From an uncultured Fibrobacteria bacterium (GTDB lineage Bacteria; Fibrobacterota; Fibrobacteria; UBA11236), in contig OY970309.1 in the NCBI GenBank assembly GCA_963716395.1, positions 3,296,001 to 3,360,000 of the forward strand: a DNA stretch of 64,000 nt, given 5' to 3'. Below the pieces are notes generated by a model. The model saw only the letters and a list, made by a program, of their open reading frames with translations, made no database searches and was not told the DNA's origin. A program made the translations under genes and the position numbers. Each line of letters begins with the position of its first letter. The stretch's first letter is position 1. Below, in pieces: positions 51,264-59,238 of the stretch.

Positions 51264-52631
51264 ATGCTATTTCGTGAATTGAATTTAATTCCCACCATTT
51301 TATCCGCGCTACAGGCCAAAGGATATGAGACCCCCACGCCTATCCAGGCCGCGGCCATTCCTCCCGTGCTGGAGGGCAAAGATCTGCTGGGTTGCGCGCA
51401 AACCGGCACGGGCAAAACCGCCGCCTTCGCCCTGCCTATCTTGCAAACCTTGGCCGGAAAACCTCCGGCCGACCGCGGGCGTAAATATATCCGCGCCCTC
51501 ATTTTGGCGCCGACGCGCGAGTTGGCGTTGCAAATCGGAGAAAGCTTTCAGGCCTATGGCCGCGATTTGAACCTGCGTCTGGCCGCGGTTTTCGGCGGCG
51601 TCAGCGACTTCGGGCAAAAGCAAAAGCTGCGGCAAGGCGTCGACATTCTCGTGGCCACGCCGGGCCGGCTCATGGACCTACACGCACAACGCGTGTTGTC
51701 GCTGGATCGCGTCGAGATCTTCGTTCTGGACGAAGCCGATCGCATGCTCGATATGGGCTTTGTCCACGATGTGCGCCGTATCGCGGCTTTGCTGCCGGCC
51801 AAGCGCCAAACCCTGTTGTTTTCGGCCACCATGCCGCCGGAGATTCGCTCGCTTTCCCAAAGCCTTTTGCATGCTCCCGTCATGGTCGAGGTGGCGCGCG
51901 TTTCGTCGACCGCGGATAACGTGGATCAAGCCGTCTACCACGTCCCGCGCAATCTCAAGCCCGATTTGCTGCGGCATCTGCTGGCTGATGCGAATGTTCA
52001 GCGGGCCCTGGTTTTCACCCGCACCAAACACGGCGCCGACCGCCTGCACAAAACGCTGGACCGCCATCGCATCGCCGCGGAAGCGTTGCATGGCAATAAA
52101 ACCCAAGGCGCCCGCCAACGGGCCCTGGAAAATTTCAAGCGCGGAAAAACGCGCGTGCTGGTTGCCACCGACATTGCCGCGCGCGGTATTGACGTCACCG
52201 ACATTTCGCATGTCTTCAATTACGATTTGCCCGAAGTGCCGGAAACCTATGTGCATCGCGTGGGCCGTACGGCCCGCGCCGGAGCGACCGGAATGGCCGT
52301 GGCTTTCTGCGACGTGGATGAGCGCGGCTATTTGCACGGCATCGAACGTCTGACACGCAAACGTCTGGATGTGCTGCCGTTGCCGGTGTTCGCTGGCAAC
52401 GCGTCGGGGGCGGCTTCGGAGGTACAGGCCGATCCGCAGGAACGTCCGCTTCACCCGTCTTCCGCATCGCACCGATCGCCCCGATACGAAACCCGAAGCC
52501 AGGAACCGGCCCGGACTCCCCAATCGGAACACCGCGGGCCCGAGCACTCGGCAACCGGCCCGCGCTTTGGCCGTCGCCATGGTTCGAATTTCGAAGGTCG
52601 CGGCAAGGCCCGCAACTTTCGCGGCCGATAG
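51264..52631 (+). CDS. rhlE: DEAD-box RNA helicase (RhlE-like)
   Basis: AQTGTGKT, PTRELA, DEAD, SAT, ARGID and HRVGRTARAG. Confidence 0.92.
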   Translation: MLFRELNLIPTILSALQAKGYETPTPIQAAAIPPVLEGKDLLGCAQTGTGKTAAFALPILQTLAGKPPADRGRKYIRALILAPTRELALQIGESFQAYGRDLNLRLAAVFGGVSDFGQKQKLRQGVDILVATPGRLMDLHAQRVLSLDRVEIFVLDEADRMLDMGFVHDVRRIAALLPAKRQTLLFSATMPPEIRSLSQSLLHAPVMVEVARVSSTADNVDQAVYHVPRNLKPDLLRHLLADANVQRALVFTRTKHGADRLHKTLDRHRIAAEALHGNKTQGARQRALENFKRGKTRVLVATDIAARGIDVTDISHVFNYDLPEVPETYVHRVGRTARAGATGMAVAFCDVDERGYLHGIERLTRKRLDVLPLPVFAGNASGAASEVQADPQERPLHPSSASHRSPRYETRSQEPARTPQSEHRGPEHSATGPRFGRRHGSNFEGRGKARNFRGR

Positions 52632-52743
52632 CGGTTCACTTCCCCACCGATGTCTGGCCGTTTGCGTTGTGCAGAAAATGGCCGATTTATTAACTTTCAT
52701 GTGCTTTGATCCATTTGTGGGTCAGAGCGCTTTGATTTCTGGC

Positions 52744-52985
52744 CTCAGTTGGTAGAGCAAGTCCGCCGCAGGCGGATTAATCGCTCGACGAACTGAGACT
52801 TCAGAGGTTTGATTTGGTGCCTGATAGCTCAGTTGGTAGAGCAAGTCCGCCGCAGGCGGATTAATCGCTCGACGAACTGAGACTTCAGAGGTTTGATTTG
52901 GTGCCTGATAGCTCAGTTGGTAGAGCAAGTCCGCCGCAGGCGGATTAATCGCTCGACGAACTGAGACTTCAGAGGTTTGATTTGG
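52744..52985 (+). repeat. Tandem 84-bp repeats: tRNA-Asn 5' part (nt 1-45, nt 29-34 replaced by a 15-nt hairpin) plus a 30-bp spacer
   Basis: Full units start at 52818 and 52902, a partial unit at 52744 (tRNA nt 11), and the real tRNA follows in register at 52986. The units are identical. Confidence 0.95.
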
Positions 52986-53061
52986 TGCCTGATAGCTCAG
53001 TTGGTAGAGCAAGCGACTGTTAATCGCTCGGTCCCTGGTTCGAGTCCAGGTCAGGCAGCCA
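52986..53061 (+). tRNA. tRNA-Asn (GTT)
   Basis: TGCCTGA/TCAGGCA acceptor stem, AGCTCAGTTGGTAGAGC D-arm, AGCGA-CTGTTAA-TCGCT anticodon arm, GGTTCGAGTCC and CCA. Confidence 0.96.
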
Positions 53062-53075
53062 ACCTTGTATCCCAA

Positions 53076-53363
53076 GTGTTTCAAGCCTACGCACTTCGTT
53101 CTCCTGCTTCCGGCCTATTCTATTTCGGGCATACCAATGATTTGGATCGACGATTACGGGAACATAACGACCCCGCACGCGACTCACGGCATTTCACCCG
53201 AAGACATTTGCCATGGGTGCTCGTTTACTCCGAATCCTTTTTGACCAGGTCCGAAGCCATGAAAAGGGAAAAATTTTTCAAATCGGGCCAAGGAAGGGAA
53301 TGGTTAAAGCAAAAATTGGCCGAAGAAGAGTGTGGTAGAGCAAGTCCGCCGCAGGCGGATTAA
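53076..53363 (+). CDS. Small GIY-YIG nuclease (SLX1/UPF0213-like), copy 1
   Basis: GTG start; AYALRS...FYFGHTNDLDRRLREHN, PWVLVYSE and EAMKREKFFKSGQGR. Confidence 0.85.
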   Translation: MFQAYALRSPASGLFYFGHTNDLDRRLREHNDPARDSRHFTRRHLPWVLVYSESFLTRSEAMKREKFFKSGQGREWLKQKLAEEECGRASPPQAD

Positions 53364-53401
53364 TCGCTCGGTCCCTGGTTCGAGTCCAGGTCAGGCAGCC
53401 A
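53333..53401 (+). pseudogene. tRNA-Asn 3' fragment (nt 17-76) with hairpin-substituted anticodon arm
   Basis: TGGTAGAGCAAG-TCCGCCGCAGGCGGA-TTAATCGCTCGGTCCCTGGTTCGAGTCCAGGTCAGGCAGCCA. Confidence 0.9.
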
Positions 53402-53415
53402 ACCTTGTATCCCAA

Positions 53416-53703
53416 GTGTTTCAAGCCTACGCACTTCGTTCTCCTGCTTCCGGCCTATTCTATTTCGGGCATACCAATGATTTGGATCGACGATTACGGG
53501 AACATAACGACCCCGCACGCGACTCACGGCATTTCACCCGAAGACATTTGCCATGGGTGCTCGTTTACTCCGAATCCTTTTTGACCAGGTCCGAAGCCAT
53601 GAAAAGGGAAAAATTTTTCAAATCGGGCCAAGGAAGGGAATGGTTAAAGCAAAAATTGGCCGAAGAAGAGTGTGGTAGAGCAAGTCCGCCGCAGGCGGAT
53701 TAA
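53416..53703 (+). CDS. Small GIY-YIG nuclease, copy 2 (same protein as copy 1)
   Basis: Same translation, 340 bp downstream of copy 1. Confidence 0.85.
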   Translation: MFQAYALRSPASGLFYFGHTNDLDRRLREHNDPARDSRHFTRRHLPWVLVYSESFLTRSEAMKREKFFKSGQGREWLKQKLAEEECGRASPPQAD

Positions 53704-53741
53704 TCGCTCGGTCCCTGGTTCGAGTCCAGGTCAGGCAGCCA
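53673..53741 (+). pseudogene. tRNA-Asn 3' fragment with hairpin-substituted anticodon arm, second copy
   Basis: Identical to 53333-53401. Confidence 0.9.
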
Positions 53742-53755
53742 ACCTTGTATCCCAA

Positions 53756-53890
53756 GTGTTTCAAGCCTACGCACTTCGTTCTCCTGCTTCCGGCCTATTC
53801 TATTTCGGGCATACCGATGATTTGGATCGACGATTACGGGAACATAACGACCCCGCACGCGACTCACGGCATTTCACCCGAAGACATTTG
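53756..53890 (+). pseudogene. Truncated GIY-YIG copy 3
   Basis: Matches copy 1 to ...RRHL with one A>G change at 53816 (N>D), then runs into unrelated sequence. Confidence 0.85.
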
Positions 53891-54162
53891 AGCCCAATCG
53901 CCATCCTCGTGCCGAACCCGAGCAATGAAGGTTTTTGCCGACGCGCTACACTCGGATATGGACATGCGAAAGAATGCATGGCGAAATTCCTGGAACCAGA
54001 GTGAGTCAGGTTCGCAAGCGGGTGCATTTTCGTCGTGGGAGTTGCAGCCATAACCCGCCGATTTGATCAAAAGCGACCGGCCGGTTTTTCCACGCCCAAC
54101 CAAGACACTACTGCGCAAATGCAGTATTCTTTGTTGGGACAACTGGCTTTGCCTAGGATCAC

Positions 54163-56091
54163 ATGCGTTGGAAAATTATTTTCGTCTTCGGACTGCCTTT
54201 GTGGGCTGTGGCCGCTTCCCCACCTGCGGATTCCGTGGGTTCCGCCGAGCAGACGCAGGCGCGGGTGTATTTGAAGCAGCGTTTGCTGCAACTCAATCTG
54301 GAATTTCCATTCTCGACGTGGGCCCGGCGCCTCGATTCCCTGAACAATGAAATCGACGGCTTTCTAGCCCACCATCAACCCATGCGCTATGATCCGGCGT
54401 TGCGACCGGAGTTGCTGCGTTTTTCCGCAGCCTTGGATTCGGCGCGCGCCGAACGGCCCCAGGTGCAATCCCTCATCCATGAGATGTACGTGCAAATCAT
54501 GGTGGGGCGTATCCAAGAAGCTTTCCGCCGCGACGGCAAGACGCTGAGTCCGCAGGGGCGCGACGCACTGTATCGCGCCCTCAAGCCCTATGAGGCCGGC
54601 AGCCTGCGCCCTAAAACCGACTTTCTGGCCCAACTAGTTTCTTTGGATAGGAAATTTTCCCATGCCTACTCAACCTGGCTGTTCGAATGGGCCGGGGCCT
54701 GGTTTCCTCATTTATTGGCGACGCAATCGCAAGACACCGGTTTCGCCGCCGAAGAAGCCCAGCGGCAGGATCTGGCGCTGCAACTCGAATATTGGACGCG
54801 GCAAATCGACTCGGGCGGGGCAGCCCAGGCTGTGACCCATTTTCGGCAATTGCAGACCGAATTGCTGCAGGAAAGGCCGAGGGCGCTGGCCGACTTGCGC
54901 AGCATGGAAGCCAATCTCGATCCCGACATGTTGCTGAGCGACTTGTTGGAAGAGGCTCAGAAAGAAGGGCTTTCCTTCACCGTAGAGGCCGAAGAGCGGG
55001 TCGAAGCGGCGCTGGATGCGCGCGGACAATCCGTGCTGCTTCCCATGCGGGACAAAATCGACACCTGGATGCGTTTTGACCAAGCCCTGCAAAACGCCTT
55101 GACGCGCGCGCAGGCCACGGTGGATCGGAATCAACAGGCGATCACGGCGCATGCTGCCGAAGAACAGCAAGAACAGCAAGCGCAGCAGGAATTGGCCGCC
55201 CGCACCGAACAGGAGCAATGGGAACAACAGCGCCAGGCGGAAGAGCAGCGTGAACGCGAAGAACAGCAGCAACAACAAGAACAAGCGCGGCTGGCGGCTT
55301 TGGCCGCCGAGCAGGACTCGGCCGATGCGGCGGAGCGGGAACAGGCCGAACAAACCTTGGCGGAATGGAAAAGTTTGCAAGCCGGCGGCGCGCTGGCAGG
55401 GTTGGACGGGGCTACCGACAGCGCACTTGCCGTACACGCCGGAACTTTGAAAACCAGCACCGTGGCCAGCGGACGGACGCGGTTGCAGGTCGCGTCCCGA
55501 AAGTTTTCCGATACGCTGGCCTTTGTGGAAAAATTCACCGTGGACGAAAGCCACATCGATTTGTCCAAACTCAGCCTCGATCAAAAAGCTTCGCAATCGG
55601 CCTATGTCTACACCTCGCCGACCGGGCGCACCAACCCGCGCGATCTGGATCAATTCGTGCAGAACGTGGCGCTGGGATCTTTTAACACCGAATACCGTTT
55701 CCTTTCCTACCTGGTTCCGGAACGTCTGCGGTGCGGCCGCGATCTGGCTTGGGAATTCGATCGATCTTCCCAACCCGTTGTTCACGACCGGGTTTTCAGC
55801 TATGTCGATTTGGTGGACGACGCGCATCACAAACACGCTAAAGGCACCGGGACGCCGGCCGAGGGAGCGGAGATGAATCTGCCCGCGAATTTAATCGTTA
55901 TTTTCGACGCCCAAGGCGGCATTATGCGCTATCAATCCTTCGGCCATCCGGACCAAATATTCATCCGCCCGCAAGACCTGGTCGACGGGCGGCTGCATTA
56001 CAAGTTTTTAAACTACAGCGTCGATCGCGAAAACATCTATCTCAACGGGATCGATCCCGAGATAAAGGTCAGCGCGCCCGCCTCGGGCTGA
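54163..56091 (+). CDS. Hypothetical exported protein with Q/E-rich coiled coil
   Basis: Signal peptide MRWKIIFVFGLPLWAVAA; central EQQEQQAQQE..EEQQQQQEQ segment. Confidence 0.65.
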   Translation: MRWKIIFVFGLPLWAVAASPPADSVGSAEQTQARVYLKQRLLQLNLEFPFSTWARRLDSLNNEIDGFLAHHQPMRYDPALRPELLRFSAALDSARAERPQVQSLIHEMYVQIMVGRIQEAFRRDGKTLSPQGRDALYRALKPYEAGSLRPKTDFLAQLVSLDRKFSHAYSTWLFEWAGAWFPHLLATQSQDTGFAAEEAQRQDLALQLEYWTRQIDSGGAAQAVTHFRQLQTELLQERPRALADLRSMEANLDPDMLLSDLLEEAQKEGLSFTVEAEERVEAALDARGQSVLLPMRDKIDTWMRFDQALQNALTRAQATVDRNQQAITAHAAEEQQEQQAQQELAARTEQEQWEQQRQAEEQREREEQQQQQEQARLAALAAEQDSADAAEREQAEQTLAEWKSLQAGGALAGLDGATDSALAVHAGTLKTSTVASGRTRLQVASRKFSDTLAFVEKFTVDESHIDLSKLSLDQKASQSAYVYTSPTGRTNPRDLDQFVQNVALGSFNTEYRFLSYLVPERLRCGRDLAWEFDRSSQPVVHDRVFSYVDLVDDAHHKHAKGTGTPAEGAEMNLPANLIVIFDAQGGIMRYQSFGHPDQIFIRPQDLVDGRLHYKFLNYSVDRENIYLNGIDPEIKVSAPASG

Positions 56092-56093
56092 AA

Positions 56094-56879
56094 CTAGAGT
56101 CGTTTGCGCAGGAAAACCGCCACGCCCGAAACCAGCGAAGCCGCGGTCCAGACGATCACATTGAGTACGGAAGCGATGGGTACCACCACCGTCGGGTGCA
56201 CGGCGTTCAAAGCCCAGGCGTGCAGGACGCCGAATTGCGGCAGCCACAGAAACACCCGCATGCCGGTTTGCAACGGCTCCAGATAGGCGTGCCACAGCCC
56301 GGCGAGGAACAAGACCGGCAAGGCCAGCAGCCACACAAAAAAAATCAGGAAATTTCCGAACAGGTTTCGCAGGGTGAAATAGACGGCGATGAGGCAGGCC
56401 AAGGTCAGGCCCATGGAAAAAAGCAGCACCAGCAGGCGCCACGATTCGGAAGCGCCGATGTGCGCCAACTCTTCCCACAGCCAGAAGAAACCAATCAGGC
56501 CGTAGAGCAGGGCGTTGAGATACACCCCCGTCAACTTGGCCGCGTAAAACGGAAGGCGGCCCACGGAGCGCGCCAGGATCAGCAAATCATTGCTGCGTAG
56601 ATAATGCGATCCGGTCCGTTCCAGGCACAGGCAAAGCGCATACAGGGTGGCGAAGAAAAGCAGCAGCGAATACCCGCCTCCCAGGGCCACGGCCAACCGC
56701 GAAGTGTCGCTGACGGGCCGGCCCATGATGACGATGTCGCCGCCATAGGCCATGCGCACCGGCAACGGCAAGGCCAGCAGACAGGCAACGGCGATCCAGA
56801 ACAGCGGCCCGCGGAACCCGGCCAGAAATTCGCGCCAGGTCAGCACGGCGAAGATGCGCAGCGGGCTCAACGAACGCAT
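56094..56879 (-). CDS. ABC-2 type permease-like membrane protein
   Basis: About 6 TM segments, LTWREF and ILARSVGR..FYAAKL; overlaps the ATPase gene. Confidence 0.72.
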   Translation of the reverse strand: MRSLSPLRIFAVLTWREFLAGFRGPLFWIAVACLLALPLPVRMAYGGDIVIMGRPVSDTSRLAVALGGGYSLLLFFATLYALCLCLERTGSHYLRSNDLLILARSVGRLPFYAAKLTGVYLNALLYGLIGFFWLWEELAHIGASESWRLLVLLFSMGLTLACLIAVYFTLRNLFGNFLIFFVWLLALPVLFLAGLWHAYLEPLQTGMRVFLWLPQFGVLHAWALNAVHPTVVVPIASVLNVIVWTAASLVSGVAVFLRKRL

Positions 56880-57571
56880 ACCAGAAAAAACCTTTCCAAC
56901 GCATCAAAGTCTGCGAATTCAGCCATAGGTTTATCGCCCACCACGCGGCCGCGGTGGATTACGATCAGGCGATCGGCCATCTGCATGACTTCGGCCAGCC
57001 GGTGCGTCGAGAGCAAGAGCGAACTGCCGGCGCGTTTGGTCTCTTCGAGTTTGGATCGCAAAGTGGCGATGCCCACCGGATCCAGGCCGGAGTTGGGTTC
57101 GTCGAGAATCAAGAGCCGTCCGCAATCGAGCATGGCCAGGGCCAGGGCCAAGCGCTGCTTCATGCCCTTGCTGTAAATGCGCAAGGGATTGCGGCTCCAT
57201 TCCAACCCGAAGCTTTCCAAATAGGCCTCGAGCGCTTTGCGGTTCCCGCCCTGGAAGGCTCCGGTCAACCGGCAATGCACGCGCAGCAAATCGTCGGCGC
57301 GGGCGCGGTCGGAAAACGACACGGCCTCCTGCAAATAACCGACGCCGCGCCGCGCGAGGGGCAAATCGGCCGGCTCTCCGTGAATGAAAGCGCGGCCGCT
57401 GGTGGGGCGGCGCAGGCCGAGAATCATGTGCAGCAACGAGGATTTTCCGGCACCATTGGGTCCGACGACGGCCACGCAAGTGCCAGGCGCCACTTCCAGC
57501 GAAATGGGCCCAACCACCGTGCCATTGCCGTAGTCGAGAACCAAATCGCGGCACTCAAGCGCGGGAGTCAC
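56867..57571 (-). CDS. ABC transporter ATP-binding protein
   Basis: GPNGAGKS, YSKGMKQRL, LDEPNSGLDP and STH. Confidence 0.92.
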   Translation of the reverse strand: MTPALECRDLVLDYGNGTVVGPISLEVAPGTCVAVVGPNGAGKSSLLHMILGLRRPTSGRAFIHGEPADLPLARRGVGYLQEAVSFSDRARADDLLRVHCRLTGAFQGGNRKALEAYLESFGLEWSRNPLRIYSKGMKQRLALALAMLDCGRLLILDEPNSGLDPVGIATLRSKLEETKRAGSSLLLSTHRLAEVMQMADRLIVIHRGRVVGDKPMAEFADFDALERFFLVCVR

Positions 57572-58236
57572 GGTGCCGTCACCTTACGCCACCAGCGCGC
57601 TGGCTGACCGCCGGCCGGGAATTGCGTCCATTGCCCAACAGCCTGCACCAGGCCGCTGCGGCCGAACCAGGAATACGTCACGGCCACCGCGTGGCCGGCG
57701 TAATAGGTGCTCTCGGCGAACTTCCAGGTCTCGACCAGGCCTTCGGAGCGGCTCAAGGTATCGATGCCCTGCAATTGGTTCACGAAGCTCAAGTCGCCCA
57801 CTGCGGTGTCGCGCCGCCAGCCGATTTGCGGCGAGGCCGGCAAATCCGCATCGGCTCCGGGATCGGCCAGGGAGGCGGTGTCCCAAATCGATTGCGAGGC
57901 GTTGAATCCCAAGGTCGACAGAATACCGGCGGGAGCCGGCGCCCCATCATCGGTGGCGAAAACCAGCCGCGGCAACTCCTCCCCGCCACGCGTCGAGTCA
58001 CCGGTATGCGTCACGGTGATCTGCCGTGAAACCGAAACCGAGTCGTTGGGCGCGGCGCCCATGCCCTCGGTCCACAGATAGGTGCGCGTCGCGCCTACGG
58101 CAAAGGCGTCTTGCGCCGGTGCCAGCACCTCGGGTCTGGGCTCGAAGTCGCGCACCGCGAATAAATCGCACCCGCACAGATACCAACCGGCCGCGCAAAC
58201 CGCGACCGCCGTTTTCCACAGGAACCTCCCCACCAT
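57568..58236 (-). CDS. Hypothetical lipoprotein
   Basis: Lipobox-like LCGC after a hydrophobic stretch; coupled to the ABC genes. Confidence 0.6.
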   Translation of the reverse strand: MVGRFLWKTAVAVCAAGWYLCGCDLFAVRDFEPRPEVLAPAQDAFAVGATRTYLWTEGMGAAPNDSVSVSRQITVTHTGDSTRGGEELPRLVFATDDGAPAPAGILSTLGFNASQSIWDTASLADPGADADLPASPQIGWRRDTAVGDLSFVNQLQGIDTLSRSEGLVETWKFAESTYYAGHAVAVTYSWFGRSGLVQAVGQWTQFPAGGQPARWWRKVTAP

Positions 58237-58314
58237 CTGGAATATACTTTCGGCGCCGGCGCGAAGATAGCCCGGACGGAAAAGCGCTAAGGCGGGGTTC
58301 TACATTATTCGTCC

Positions 58315-59238
58315 GTGAGTTTCCGCACCGCGCTGTATACCACGATTTTCACCTTGGCCATCGTCATGGTCATCACGCTCATCGTCTTTTGGAACATCTA
58401 CATCATCAGCGACTACCGCACCATCAAAGAACTTTACGAAGCCGTCGATAGCGGCCACCAGGTACCCGCGGTCGGCCGGTGGACGGTCTTGGTGCTGGGC
58501 ATCACCTTTCTCAGCCTGCTCATCGTGGTGCTTTCGGTGTTCTTCGCCAACTTACTTCGCGGCAATCGTTTCAAACGGCAGCAACGCGATTTCGTCAATA
58601 TGGTCACACATGAATTGCGGCTGCCGCTCTCTTCCATCCAGGTCTTCGCCCAGACCCTGCATCAGCGTCCCGTCAACGCCGAGGCCAAAGAAAAATTTGT
58701 CGACGGCATCCTTTCCGAATGCGGGCGGCTGGGGTTGCTCATCGATCAATTGCTGAAGCTGCAGCAAATCGAGCACGGCAAACTCCCGGTGCACAAGGCG
58801 CCGCTCGATGCGGGCGTCTTTCTGCGCGACTTCGCGGATCGGTGGCCCCGGCCGCTGAATATTCAGGCCGGAGCCAGCGCCCGGATCGAGGCCGATCCGG
58901 TGCTGCTCGAGTTGGCCCTCGCCAATCTCGTGAACAATGCCGAGAAATACGGGCGGGGCGGCATGCCCGAAGTGACGCTCACCCATGCGGGCCGCGAAGT
59001 GCAATTCGCGGTGCGCGATCAGGGCCGGCCGCTGAGCAAGCAAGAAGGTAAGCGGATATTCCGCAAGTTCTACCGGCTTTCCAACTCCGACACCAAGCGC
59101 CAATCCGGCGTCGGGCTCGGCCTGTACATCGTGAAGTACATCGCCTCGCTGCACAAAGGCACGGTGCGCCTGGCGTCGGCCGCCGAAGCCGGGCCCGCTG
59201 GCAACGAATTTCGACTGCGCCTGCCCGAGGCCGCATGA
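58315..59238 (+). CDS. Sensor histidine kinase
   Basis: Two TM helices, THELRLPL, NLVNNAEKY and GVGLGL. Confidence 0.92.
   Translation: MSFRTALYTTIFTLAIVMVITLIVFWNIYIISDYRTIKELYEAVDSGHQVPAVGRWTVLVLGITFLSLLIVVLSVFFANLLRGNRFKRQQRDFVNMVTHELRLPLSSIQVFAQTLHQRPVNAEAKEKFVDGILSECGRLGLLIDQLLKLQQIEHGKLPVHKAPLDAGVFLRDFADRWPRPLNIQAGASARIEADPVLLELALANLVNNAEKYGRGGMPEVTLTHAGREVQFAVRDQGRPLSKQEGKRIFRKFYRLSNSDTKRQSGVGLGLYIVKYIASLHKGTVRLASAAEAGPAGNEFRLRLPEAA

Larger units (their letters stand above)
53002..53890 (+). repeat. Tandem 340-bp repeats: tRNA-Asn nt 17-76 plus GIY-YIG ORF (about 2.6 copies)
   Basis: TGGTAGAGCAAG recurs at 53002, 53333 and 53673; homology ends at 53890. Confidence 0.95.

Noticed and set aside
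52744-53030. CRISPR array
   Set aside because: The spacers are identical, the repeats derive from tRNA-Asn, and there are no cas genes in the window.
52977-53075. N-terminal extension of the GIY-YIG ORF in the ORF track (also the starts at 53332 and 53672)
   Set aside because: These translate tRNA sequence; the GIY-YIG domain begins at GTG 53076, 53416 and 53756.
52722-53084. Minus-strand 120-aa ORF with 28-aa repeats
   Set aside because: A by-product of the 84-bp period, antisense to the tRNA.
53333-53741. Prophage/ICE attL-attR or a tRNA intron
   Set aside because: There is no integrase and only 340 bp between copies. The hairpin replaces bases rather than interrupting them, and the copies lack one acceptor strand.
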